A DNA stretch of 64,000 nucleotides from Desulfatiglandales bacterium (GTDB lineage: Bacteria > Desulfobacterota > DSM-4660 > Desulfatiglandales > Desulfatiglandaceae). Below are positions 28,638-38,067 of the stretch, piece after piece. The translations under genes and the position numbers were made by a program. The DNA is taken from NCBI GenBank assembly GCA_963662465.1, contig OY759599.1:4704001-4768000 (forward strand), given 5' to 3'. Every line of letters starts with the position of its first letter. Position 1 is the stretch's first letter. The notes under the pieces were generated by a model, which saw nothing but the letters and a program-made list of their open reading frames with translations, did not search any database and had not been told where the DNA came from.

Positions 28638-29561
28638 TTAGCGCGGATGTCTGTATGCCTGACATTCCTCCCACATCAAGCCCCGTATCAACCTCAGGGT
28701 TTTATAATCAAGCGGGTTGAAAGCGCCCCGATAGGCCGCAACGGCAGCGCATCCGCAACGGGAACAATCGGCCTGCTCTCCATAGGTGCAGGCCTTGGGC
28801 CGACCATCGGACTTGAAACAGCGAACCCGCCGGCTCACCGGGCAGGTTGACAGGCTGTTCCATTGATTGAAAGCGCCCTGGGTCAGCAACTGCCGGGCCA
28901 TGGCCGACGTAAAACCCACTTTTTCGCCATATTTCTCCCTAAGCCGGAGCAGTTTTTTCACCAGATGATCCCGTTGGTTCAAGGGAATAAAAAGATTTTC
29001 GTTTTCCTCTTCCCGGTTGGGCGTAAAAAAAGAAAACCCCATCCCCTTGATGGGCAGCGTCATCATTTCCCTTACAAATGCTTCCAGACTGTCTCGGTTC
29101 AGATTGGAAATGGTCATATGGACGATGGGAGGACGGGAGGCATGTTCCAGATTTCCAACCGCCTTTCGGTATACGCCCGTCCCGCGAATGCGGTCATTTT
29201 CCTTCTCGGGTCCATCCAGGGATAGTATCCACTGGCCGTTTTCCAGCTCTGGAAATCCATTCATGCCATTGGTAAAGGCCAGGGTGGCATCAAAAATCCG
29301 GTCCGCGGCCCGGCAGATTTCCGGCCGAAGGGTGGGTTCCCCACCATACAGGATAGCGGCCCGCAGGCCTTGGCGCCGCAGATCTTTCATAAATGCAATC
29401 ATGTGCCGATCATCCAGCTCCTGGAAATGTTCCTGTTTCCACCAGTAACAGTGAAGGCACTTCAAGTTGCATTTATGGGTAATGTCAATGGCAACGGATG
29501 TGGGTCGTTTCGTAAAAAGCCACCTGCCAAGGATCGCAAGTTTTCCGAAGGTTAAGCGCAT
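28638..29561 (-). CDS. Radical SAM protein with C-terminal Cys cluster
   Basis: CNLKCLHC, GGEP, SLDG, IRG.G, C-terminal CP...C...CTYG..ADCSRCGC. Confidence 0.88.
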   Translation of the reverse strand: MRLTFGKLAILGRWLFTKRPTSVAIDITHKCNLKCLHCYWWKQEHFQELDDRHMIAFMKDLRRQGLRAAILYGGEPTLRPEICRAADRIFDATLAFTNGMNGFPELENGQWILSLDGPEKENDRIRGTGVYRKAVGNLEHASRPPIVHMTISNLNRDSLEAFVREMMTLPIKGMGFSFFTPNREEENENLFIPLNQRDHLVKKLLRLREKYGEKVGFTSAMARQLLTQGAFNQWNSLSTCPVSRRVRCFKSDGRPKACTYGEQADCSRCGCAAVAAYRGAFNPLDYKTLRLIRGLMWEECQAYRHPR

Positions 29562-29645
29562 GGATGGGGAACTATCCCATTCTTTTTGAAATCGCAAGGG
29601 AAATCTTGATATTCTGTTGGGCTCGGGCTATAAGATTTATATTGA

Positions 29646-29736
29646 GTACCTGAATGAAAACCTCGTTCAGGCACAGTTTTAAGTTTTAAGTTTTAAGTAA
29701 AAAAACAAACCCATATCATCTAATTGTGAATCTCTA
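29646..29736. repeat. Composite repeat: palindrome + (AGTTTTA)3 + TGAATCTCTA
   Basis: Palindrome matches 3288..3316; heptamers and end match 10340..10378 in reverse orientation. Confidence 0.7.
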
Positions 29737-29757
29737 ACGAAAATTGGAAAACCCGAC

Positions 29758-30318
29758 ATGACCCTGGCCAACAAAATCACCCTTTTCAGGATTCTACTTA
29801 TTCCCGTTTTTATCATCTTCACCATTCCCGCGGCCACCTGGGCGAAATTCGTGGCGGCGTCCATCTTTGTCATTGCCTGCGCCACAGACCCGCTGGACGG
29901 CTATTTCGCCCGCAGCCGAAGCGAGGTCAGCACCCTGGGCATCTTCCTGGATCCCCTGGCCGACAAGCTACTCATCATGAGTGCCTTTGTGATTCTGGTG
30001 AAATACCAGGTGGTGGCCGCCTGGATGGTGATCATTATTATTGCCAGGGAGGTCTCCATTACCGGATTGCGGGCCATTGTGTCCCAGCAGGCCGGAATTG
30101 CCATCTCAGCCAGTCAGTGGGGGAAAATCAAGACCATCACCCAAATGGTGGGGGGCACTGTTTTGCTGTACATGATCCCATCCGGAGACTATAGCCGTCA
30201 GGTGAGCCTGCTGCTTCCCCCGGTGGCCAACATCATCATGACGGTTATCCTGGTGACCACGGTTTGGTCGGGGTGGAAATATTTCCAAAGCTATTGGGAC
30301 CGGCTCAAGGAATGTTGA
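29758..30318 (+). CDS. pgsA: CDP-diacylglycerol--glycerol-3-phosphate 3-phosphatidyltransferase
   Basis: ANKITLFR, TDPLDGYFAR...G.FLDPLADK, GKIKT. Confidence 0.93.
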   Translation: MTLANKITLFRILLIPVFIIFTIPAATWAKFVAASIFVIACATDPLDGYFARSRSEVSTLGIFLDPLADKLLIMSAFVILVKYQVVAAWMVIIIIAREVSITGLRAIVSQQAGIAISASQWGKIKTITQMVGGTVLLYMIPSGDYSRQVSLLLPPVANIIMTVILVTTVWSGWKYFQSYWDRLKEC

Positions 30319-30321
30319 AAA

Positions 30322-32037
30322 ATGACAGCGCCCGTAGAAAGCACCGGGGAGTCCCCCGGCCTGCAACCTCAATCGTTCAGAACGCCCGGATTAACCCCGG
30401 ATGGCCTTGAAATTCCAGCGATGGCAAAGGATATCCTCAGACGCCTTGCCATCCTTTCATACAAACGAACCCATCCTTGTTTCTGGGTTGTTTTCATCGG
30501 CGGCACCGGAACGGGAAAATCCACACTCTTTAACGCCTTTTGTGGGAAGGCACTGAGTGCTACCGGCGTTGAACGGCCCAAAACCGCGGGCCCCGTCGCC
30601 CACGCACACAGCCAATGCTGCCTTGAACAGGCTTTTCCCTTCCCGGAAATTAAAGTGGAACAGATGGTCCCCGAAGATGTCGGCGTTCCCTGTGCCGGAA
30701 AACCCGGACGTTTGGCGGTTCTCAGTCCGGACGAACCAGCTGGGTCACGGTCACATCTGGTTCTGGTGGACACGCCCGATCTGGACAGCGTCCAAGAGGA
30801 AAACCACCGCATCGCAAAAGATCTCTATGACCTGTCCGATGCGGTTGTCTTTGTGGCCAGCCAGGAAAAATATGCGGACGAGGTGCTGCACGACTTTTTC
30901 AGACAGGTGCTTCAGGACGAAAGACCCTACTTTTTTGTTCTCAACAAGGCGTCATCGGAAACCACCCGTGAAGAGGTATTGAAAGCTCTTCAGGGGCAGG
31001 GATTGGATATTCACGGGGCAAGACTGTGGTTGATCCCCTACACGTCGCCCGGCGTTTATGACAGCATTCGAGAACAAAAAGCCTTCATGCGACTGATGGA
31101 CGCTTTTTTTCAGGCATTTTCAGAAAAACAGGCGCGGAGTTTGAGGCTCGGCGCGAATGCCGGGGCAACAAAACTTCTGAAGAAGGATATTTCAAGAATT
31201 CTGGAGCTTCTGGACCGGGAGGCCCGCACCGCAGATGGATGGTTACACCAGCTTCAGGAGATGACCCACCAGGCGTCACTGGCATATATTCACAATCAGA
31301 AGGAAATATTTTCAAAAACCAGCGGCCAATACCTGGGTGCGGAGATTCGAAAACTTTTCTCACGATACGATCTTCTGGCCAAGCCACGCCGGTTTGTGCG
31401 AGAGATCATGGTAGCGCCATTGCGGTTATTCGGTTTTAACCCCAAGCAAAAAAAAGCGGATCGGCAGGCCGGATTGTTGAAGGTACGGGAAAACGTCGCG
31501 TTTATTCCGGTTCAGGAGGCCCTTGCAAAATACAATCGTTCGGTTTTGGAAAATCTTTCCCCTCTCGACGAAAAATCCCCTCTCTTTAAAGCGTTAAGGG
31601 AACCGGATCGGGTGCTTACGGAACAGGAAATTCGGCATTACATCCTTGAGGCACAGGAAAATCTGGCCCAATGGCTGGAAGAAACCTTCGAGGCATTGGC
31701 AAAAGGCATCCCCAAGGGGAAAAAGGTGGGCATTTATTCCACCTCGATTCTTTGGGGAATTCTCATTTTGACCTTTGAGGTGGCCGTGGGGGGTGGATTT
31801 ACGATGATTGATGCGGCCCTCGATTCCGCCCTGGCCCCATTTGTCACCAAGGGAGCCGTGGAAGTTTTTGCCTATCATGAAATCCGAAAGATAGCCGGAG
31901 AACTGGCCACCCGCTACCAGGAGGGACTTTTGTCCATTTTGCGCCGACAAGAAGACCGCTATGTTGCCGGCCTGAAGCATCTGATGACCACCGACGAAAC
32001 AACGGAAGGGATCTTAAGGCTTTCAAAGAACCTTTAA
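30322..32037 (+). CDS. Dynamin-like GTPase 1
   Basis: GGTGTGKST, RPKT, DTPD, NKA; long helical C-terminus with hydrophobic segment. Confidence 0.8.
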   Translation: MTAPVESTGESPGLQPQSFRTPGLTPDGLEIPAMAKDILRRLAILSYKRTHPCFWVVFIGGTGTGKSTLFNAFCGKALSATGVERPKTAGPVAHAHSQCCLEQAFPFPEIKVEQMVPEDVGVPCAGKPGRLAVLSPDEPAGSRSHLVLVDTPDLDSVQEENHRIAKDLYDLSDAVVFVASQEKYADEVLHDFFRQVLQDERPYFFVLNKASSETTREEVLKALQGQGLDIHGARLWLIPYTSPGVYDSIREQKAFMRLMDAFFQAFSEKQARSLRLGANAGATKLLKKDISRILELLDREARTADGWLHQLQEMTHQASLAYIHNQKEIFSKTSGQYLGAEIRKLFSRYDLLAKPRRFVREIMVAPLRLFGFNPKQKKADRQAGLLKVRENVAFIPVQEALAKYNRSVLENLSPLDEKSPLFKALREPDRVLTEQEIRHYILEAQENLAQWLEETFEALAKGIPKGKKVGIYSTSILWGILILTFEVAVGGGFTMIDAALDSALAPFVTKGAVEVFAYHEIRKIAGELATRYQEGLLSILRRQEDRYVAGLKHLMTTDETTEGILRLSKNL

Positions 32038-32071
32038 CACCTTATTTTCTGAAAGCCTGTCACAAAAAACA

Positions 32072-32123
32072 AGAAATTCATTGACGGAACAACTTAAAAC
32101 TTAAAACCTAAAACTTAAAACTT
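32072..32123 (+). repeat. Intergenic heptamer repeat element
   Basis: ATTCATTGAC...AACTT AAAACTT AAAACCT AAAACTT AAAACTT. Confidence 0.65.
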
Positions 32124-32129
32124 ATAAAG

Positions 32130-33857
32130 ATGACAAATCCCATTGAACAACATCAGGACCGTTTGGAAAAGGTTCTTGAACTGCTTCGAAAGGGGGGGCT
32201 TTTTTCCCTTTCCCCCGAAAAACAGGAAACCCTGGAAACTGAAGCAGGCCTGCTTTCCCGGAAACTGGAGAAGATGGAAGCCCGGTACCTGACCATCGGT
32301 CTGGTGGGGGGAACGGGGGTGGGCAAATCAACCCTGATGAATGCCCTGGCAGGGGAATCCATCGCCTCCACCAGTCACCGCCGGCCCCATACGGACAAAG
32401 TCCTCATCTACCGACATGCGTCAGCCCAGCCGTCCTTTCCAGGTCCCGTGGACGTGCCCCGGCAGGAGATTCTGCATCAGGGTGCGCGCATTCGGCACAT
32501 CCTGCTCTGCGACCTTCCGGATTTTGACAGTCTTGCGGGCGAACACCGTGAACGGGTAATCCGGTTCATGGCGCACCTGGATCTGGTTCTCTGGGTCACT
32601 TCCCCCGAAAAATATGCGGATAAAAAATTCTACGAGTTCCTGTTGCAAGCCCCCAAGGCCAAAGAAAATTTCACCTTTGTCCTGAACAAGGCGGATTTGC
32701 TGTTTAACGGGGAGACCCCGGAAAAGGGGTATGGTCAACTTACCCTGGTCATGACCCGGTTTAATGAACTCCTGAAGGAAAAGGGGATTGCCGAACCCAT
32801 CCTGTTTGCCCTGGCTTCAGAGGAAGCCTTTCAAGGAGACGCCCTTTCTCCGTGGAACCAGTTTCCGGCCTTTCGGCAACATGTTTTCAGGGAACGCAAT
32901 GCCAAACAGATTTCCGCCATTAAGGCCATGAACCTGGATGTGGAGATTCAAGCCCTCACCGCTGTTTTCGAAAAGGAGATCCACCATCTGGATCGTGCAG
33001 GTCATATCCTGGATGATGCCGTAAAGGACCTCGAGACCCAGCGATCCGAATGGGTTAAAACCGGGAAAGAGATCATCGATCGCTGGTTCGGAAACCGGGT
33101 CCAGGAAAAGATTTCGCTTTATCAGGGTGATATTTCCCGGTTGGTGGGACCGGGGTATGCCCTGGCCATGGTGTTTCCTTCCTTTGGAAAAGGGTTTGAA
33201 CAAAACGCTGAAAAACAGAGCGATATCTCTATTTTTAAACCCCCGGATCCAATTTCCGACGCCTTTCATCACCGGTTGGCGTGGGTGGAAGACCGTCTCA
33301 GTCACCGCTTTCTCAATGAAAATCTTCCCGCGTCACTTCAATCACGGCTCGGGGAAACCCTTTGCGTGTCGCGTCGCTTTGAAAATCTGGGAGAAGCGTT
33401 TTTTCAAAGGGCAGCGACCTATGTCGCGGAAAAACGCCGTTCTCCCTTATGGGGATTTCGCTTTTCGCAGTGGGTGGTCTATGGGGTTCTGCTGGTGGCC
33501 TTTCTTCTCTCCGTGGGGGGAGAGGATAAATGGCGACATCTTTTTTTGACGCCTTCAGCCGGTGTTGTCATGGACCTGTTCCTCTCCATGATCCACACCC
33601 TTTTCAGCACCCGGGGCCTTGCGGCCCTGGGAAGTTTTGCCGTCATTAACCTGTGCGTCGGATGGGCTTTTTACCGGCGCTACCGGACAATCCTGATCGC
33701 CGATACCCGTAAGCACATCGGCCGCCTAAAGGGCTCCCTGAACCGAGTCTGGGCCGACAGCCTGACGGAGATGGCGTCGGATCTTGCGGCATTCAGAGAG
33801 GAAATGCACAGCCGGCGGGAAACGCTGTCGCGGCTTCACCATCAGCACTCGGATTGA
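32130..33857 (+). CDS. Dynamin-like GTPase 2 with two TM helices
   Basis: GGTGVGKST, RPHT, DLPD, PEKYAD, NKAD; C-terminal hydrophobic helices. Confidence 0.8.
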   Translation: MTNPIEQHQDRLEKVLELLRKGGLFSLSPEKQETLETEAGLLSRKLEKMEARYLTIGLVGGTGVGKSTLMNALAGESIASTSHRRPHTDKVLIYRHASAQPSFPGPVDVPRQEILHQGARIRHILLCDLPDFDSLAGEHRERVIRFMAHLDLVLWVTSPEKYADKKFYEFLLQAPKAKENFTFVLNKADLLFNGETPEKGYGQLTLVMTRFNELLKEKGIAEPILFALASEEAFQGDALSPWNQFPAFRQHVFRERNAKQISAIKAMNLDVEIQALTAVFEKEIHHLDRAGHILDDAVKDLETQRSEWVKTGKEIIDRWFGNRVQEKISLYQGDISRLVGPGYALAMVFPSFGKGFEQNAEKQSDISIFKPPDPISDAFHHRLAWVEDRLSHRFLNENLPASLQSRLGETLCVSRRFENLGEAFFQRAATYVAEKRRSPLWGFRFSQWVVYGVLLVAFLLSVGGEDKWRHLFLTPSAGVVMDLFLSMIHTLFSTRGLAALGSFAVINLCVGWAFYRRYRTILIADTRKHIGRLKGSLNRVWADSLTEMASDLAAFREEMHSRRETLSRLHHQHSD

Positions 33858-33859
33858 TG

Positions 33860-34819
33860 TCAGGTGAGCGTGAATTTGGACCCGACGCTGTTCAGGATAA
33901 AGGCATCCGGGAAGGCTTTCCGAAATTGTTCGATGGCCTTCCAGCCGGTGCAATGCATGGGGACGATCATCTTCAAATCCATTTTCTTGAATGCCTCAAT
34001 GGTTGCCTCGATGATGGGTTCAAAGGTCGGACCGGACAGGTGAAATCCACCGATGACCCCGTAAATTTCGTTTATTCCGGTTATTTTTTTCGCATAGTTC
34101 ACCGTATTGACAATTCCCGCGTGGGCGCACCCTGAAATCACCACCAGGCCCTTTCCCTTCAAATGGATCACCAGGGACTGGTCGTCCCGTATGGGGTCGG
34201 GTTCTTCTTTTCCATCCCGGAACAGAAAGGCGTTGAGCGTGCCTTTTTCAAATGGGGTTGTCCGTTCCACCTGGCCGGTGACCAGCAGCCCGTTGCCGCA
34301 AAGGGAAACCGGCGCTGTTGATTCAAGGATTTCAACCCCGAGGGAGGCCAGTTCATCCCGCTTCAATGTACAGGGAAAACGAAGTTTTTTCCCCTCACCG
34401 ATACCCAGATACCGGGGAGACAGAAACGCTTCGGGATGAACCACCAGGGGCATGGGCTTATTCAGACCTTCCAGAATAGCATGGAGTGAACCGGTATGAT
34501 CCATATGGCCGTGACTCAATACGATGGTCTCAATTTCTTTCAGGTCAATACCCAAAAATTCAAGATTGTGCGGCACACCGATAGGGCTGTAGCCCGTATC
34601 AAAGAGAATGCTGTAAATTTCCTTCTGTCGCCGCACCCTTACCAGTTGGGAAAGTCCGTGTTCAGCCAGGAGGGTGTCGGTGGGGATTTCTTCACCCCTT
34701 GTCAAAGGCGCTCGAGTGACCGGCCCTTCGCTTTGAAGCAGGACGTCCGAATAGTTGTCCATCAGGGTGACGATTTCAATTTGATCAACCGGGTCCAGTT
34801 TAAAGTGTTTTTGTTCCAT
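33860..34819 (-). CDS. MBL-fold metallo-hydrolase
   Basis: AEHGLS, LFDTG, SHGHMDHTG, GCAHAG, GGFHL, HCTG. Confidence 0.9.
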   Translation of the reverse strand: MEQKHFKLDPVDQIEIVTLMDNYSDVLLQSEGPVTRAPLTRGEEIPTDTLLAEHGLSQLVRVRRQKEIYSILFDTGYSPIGVPHNLEFLGIDLKEIETIVLSHGHMDHTGSLHAILEGLNKPMPLVVHPEAFLSPRYLGIGEGKKLRFPCTLKRDELASLGVEILESTAPVSLCGNGLLVTGQVERTTPFEKGTLNAFLFRDGKEEPDPIRDDQSLVIHLKGKGLVVISGCAHAGIVNTVNYAKKITGINEIYGVIGGFHLSGPTFEPIIEATIEAFKKMDLKMIVPMHCTGWKAIEQFRKAFPDAFILNSVGSKFTLT

Positions 34820-34971
34820 CAGGATTGCCTCCGTTGTTTTATGGGTCCATGGGTACATCTTTTAATCTACTTCTCCATGAACTCTATACCTTCTGGGAAA
34901 TGCACTGTACAGTGCAAAACAAAAGGGCTATACACATTATCCAAAATCATTGATGAAGGGACGTAGAAAAT

Positions 34972-35718
34972 TTGGCGTATTTCAGACAAACCCAAAAGAG
35001 TCATGCGGTAAAAACCATGTTTGACCGGTTGTCCGGTCGGTATGACCTCCTCAACCGATTGATCACCTTCGGTTTTGATAAAATATGGCGACGCCGGGTA
35101 GTGCAATTGACCCTGCTGCCCCCTGGCGGTCGCTTACTGGATCTGGGCACAGGCACGGGAGATATTGCCGTTGCCGCCGCTAAAAAGCACCCCACGGTGG
35201 AAGTTACGGCGGCGGATTTTTCTTTGGGCATGATGAAGAAGGGGAAAACCCGTCGGGGAGGCCGCCTGATCCGGTGGTGTTCGGCGGATGCTTTGGAATT
35301 GCCTTTCCCAGACCAAACCTTTGATGCGGTAACGTCAGGGTATCTGATTAGGAATGTGGCAAATCCCATTCGGGCCTTTGAAGAACAGTTGCGGGTGGTC
35401 AAGCCGGGAGGGGTTGTGGTGTGTCTTGAAACGTCCCCACCCAAAAAAAATATGCTGCAACCTTTGATCTTTTTTCACTTTAAGGTGATCATCCCTCTTT
35501 TGGGGCGTTTTATCGGCGGCAACAAAGCCGCCTACACCTATTTACCCGATACCACCAGAGGATTTATGCCCCCTGAACAACTGACGGCCACCATGAAAAC
35601 CGCGGGCCTGGAATCCGTCAGATGCCGGCTGTTCATGTTGGGCACCATGACCATCCACCAGGGGCGGCGTCCTGTGCGAAACCAATGTGGAGACAAAAAT
35701 GCCGATTTCCGTCTTTGA
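34972..35718 (+). CDS. ubiE: UbiE/MenG-family quinone methyltransferase
   Basis: YDLLNRLITFG.D..WR, LDLGTGTGD, DALELPF.D..FD. Confidence 0.88.
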   Translation: MAYFRQTQKSHAVKTMFDRLSGRYDLLNRLITFGFDKIWRRRVVQLTLLPPGGRLLDLGTGTGDIAVAAAKKHPTVEVTAADFSLGMMKKGKTRRGGRLIRWCSADALELPFPDQTFDAVTSGYLIRNVANPIRAFEEQLRVVKPGGVVVCLETSPPKKNMLQPLIFFHFKVIIPLLGRFIGGNKAAYTYLPDTTRGFMPPEQLTATMKTAGLESVRCRLFMLGTMTIHQGRRPVRNQCGDKNADFRL

Positions 35719-35754
35719 AAAATACTTTTTTAAGCCGATCCGAAAGGAATAAAA

Positions 35755-37287
35755 ATGATCAAATCCATGAACATCGCCTGGTGGGTGCAACGGTGGAGTG
35801 AATTACACCCGGATAAGGCCGCCATCCTATTTGAGGGGTCAACCATATCCTATCTTGAACTTCATGAGCGGGCCAACCGGGTCAGCTGCTGGCTTCAATC
35901 CCTGTGCATTCAAAAGGGGGACAGGGTAGCGGTCATGATGCGGAATTGCGTCGCCTTTATTGACCTTTATCTCGCATGCGCACGGCTGGGCGCTATTTTT
36001 GTGCCCATCAATTTCAGACTGACGGGTCATGAACTGGCCTACATCCTGAAAAATGCCCAACCCAGGCTTTTCGTATTTGGTAATTCATTTTGTAAAAGCG
36101 TGTGTAAACTGAACCTTCACAGCGGAATGCCCCCCATGCTGCCGGCGTGTCTGGAAGGACGACAGCACGGAAACGAGATCCTTTCATTTGAATCCGAATC
36201 AAAAAAATTTGACGGGCAAAAACCCTTTGTAACGAAATCACTGGGTCCCGTGGATCCTGAAGAACCCCATGTGATTATGTATACCTCCGGAACAACGGGG
36301 GCCCCTAAGGGGGCAGTGCTTTCTTATCGAAAAACACTGTTTAACTGCCTCAATGCGGATATCTTTTTCAAGCTCCATTTTGATGACGTCATGCTCATTC
36401 TCCTGCCCCTTTTCCATTCGGGAGGACTGTTTATTCAGGCGTCTCCCATTCTGTATAAAGGGGGGACCATGATCATACACCCTCAATTCGACGCCGTCAG
36501 GACCTATGAGGATATCAAGCGTTACAGGGTAACTAAATTTCTTGGGGTTCCAACCATTTACAGGGCGCTTTTGCAGCAGGATCTTCCGGTTCAAAAGGAT
36601 GTATCAACCCTTAAGGTTTCAGCCATCGGCGGCGAGAAGGTCACGCCGGAGCTGCAAAAATTGTGTCGTGAGGCCGGTTTTCCCGTGCGGCAGATCATGG
36701 GGCAGACGGAAACATCGATTCTTTTCTGGGCTTCCGAAGAGGATTCCATTCGAAAACCCGGAACCGTGGGTCGCCCCGTTTTTCATTCGGAAGTGATCCT
36801 CCTGGATGACGCAGGCCGGTCCGTAAAAACGGGCGAGGTGGGGGAAATCGCGGTCAGGGGTTCCATCATGATGAAAGAGTATTGGCAGGACCCCGTAAGA
36901 ACGGAAGAAACCATCCGAAACGGTTGGCTGCACACGGGGGATCTGGCCCGTATGGACGAAGACGGCTATTTTTTTCTCGTGGACCGGGTAAAGAACATGT
37001 ACATATCGGGTGGGGAGAATGTTTATCCCGTTGAAGTGGAAACGGTCCTGAAAACCCATACAGCCGTGAAAGACGCAGCCGTAGTGGGTGTGCCGAATGA
37101 GAGATGGGGTGAAGCAGGCAAGGCCTTTGTTGTCTTGAAAAAGGGCATGCATACCACATCTGAATCGCTTTTGGCACACTGTGAGGGACAGTTGGCCCGC
37201 TATAAATGGCCGGTGGAAATTGTTTTCTGCGAGGAGTTTCCGAGAACGGCTCTGGGGAAAGTCCGAAAAATGATGATCAATCAATAG
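35755..37287 (+). CDS. AMP-binding acyl-CoA ligase (MenE/FadD-like)
   Basis: YTSGTTGAPKG, GQTE, WLHTGD, GGENVYP, GKVRK. Confidence 0.9.
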   Translation: MIKSMNIAWWVQRWSELHPDKAAILFEGSTISYLELHERANRVSCWLQSLCIQKGDRVAVMMRNCVAFIDLYLACARLGAIFVPINFRLTGHELAYILKNAQPRLFVFGNSFCKSVCKLNLHSGMPPMLPACLEGRQHGNEILSFESESKKFDGQKPFVTKSLGPVDPEEPHVIMYTSGTTGAPKGAVLSYRKTLFNCLNADIFFKLHFDDVMLILLPLFHSGGLFIQASPILYKGGTMIIHPQFDAVRTYEDIKRYRVTKFLGVPTIYRALLQQDLPVQKDVSTLKVSAIGGEKVTPELQKLCREAGFPVRQIMGQTETSILFWASEEDSIRKPGTVGRPVFHSEVILLDDAGRSVKTGEVGEIAVRGSIMMKEYWQDPVRTEETIRNGWLHTGDLARMDEDGYFFLVDRVKNMYISGGENVYPVEVETVLKTHTAVKDAAVVGVPNERWGEAGKAFVVLKKGMHTTSESLLAHCEGQLARYKWPVEIVFCEEFPRTALGKVRKMMINQ

Positions 37288-37335
37288 TAATTGTTCACAG
37301 GGTGCAGTTGTCAGGGGGCAGTTGTGAACGGTTCC
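37287..37335. repeat. 49-bp MITE-like element with 13-bp terminal inverted repeats
   Basis: GTAATTGTTCACA...TGTGAACGGTTCC with internal tandem 14-mer CAGGG(T/G)GCAGTTGT. Confidence 0.55.
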
Positions 37336-37364
37336 TTTTATGCGTTTGAGAGACGGTATCGGAA

Positions 37365-38066
37365 TTACGAAGACAACGCCGGGCTCCCCTTGATTTTTTT
37401 CAGAATCAAGGGGATGAAAAATGAAAACCCATAAAGGACAATCCCAAATAATACTTTCAAGGAAACCAGATCGCTCCACCTGCCGGAAATCCAGGCATCT
37501 CTGATCATGCCGCTTAAGAAGGTAATAGCGAAAACAGACACCATGACGCCCAGACCCGTCCCCAGAAAAAAATCCTTGAAATGGACTTTGGTAAGGCTCA
37601 ATCCGTAATTCATGGGAGTAAAAGGCGCATTGAGCAACCGGATATAAAGCACAGCGGTGAACCCGTTTTTTTCGATGGCGTCGTCATACTTTTTCAGCCG
37701 GTCGCCGATAGTGGATTTAATAAAATCCCGGCCCAGCGTCCTTCCCACAAAAAAAGCGCATCCTGCCCCTGCCCATACGCCGAGCCAACCATACAAAAAC
37801 CCCCAATAAGCGCCGAAAAGACCCGCCGCGAGAACGATCAGGATGCTTGCCGGAACAAAAAGGGCGATTGCCAGAGCTTCCAGGACTATAAAGACCGCCG
37901 GCGCCCAGAACCCCGATGCAGCAAGAATTGACGCCAGGGTCTTTGGGGTCATCAATTCCTTGACGGTGGTAAAACGATACAGGCAAAGGGCGCCGGCGGC
38001 AAAAAAAACCAGCCCCAGGAATTTGATCAATGCGCTTTTTGAAAGACCTTTTTGAAAATACCCCAT
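37365..38066 (-). CDS. TVP38/TMEM64 (VTT/DedA-like) membrane protein
   Basis: AGLFG...G...F.VGR.LG, IRLL..P...NYG. Confidence 0.88.
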   Translation of the reverse strand: MGYFQKGLSKSALIKFLGLVFFAAGALCLYRFTTVKELMTPKTLASILAASGFWAPAVFIVLEALAIALFVPASILIVLAAGLFGAYWGFLYGWLGVWAGAGCAFFVGRTLGRDFIKSTIGDRLKKYDDAIEKNGFTAVLYIRLLNAPFTPMNYGLSLTKVHFKDFFLGTGLGVMVSVFAITFLSGMIRDAWISGRWSDLVSLKVLFGIVLYGFSFFIPLILKKIKGSPALSS

Positions 38067-38067
38067 A

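Noticed and set aside
10340..32123. Heptamer runs as a CRISPR array
   Set aside because: 7-bp tandem units without spacers, and no cas genes in the window
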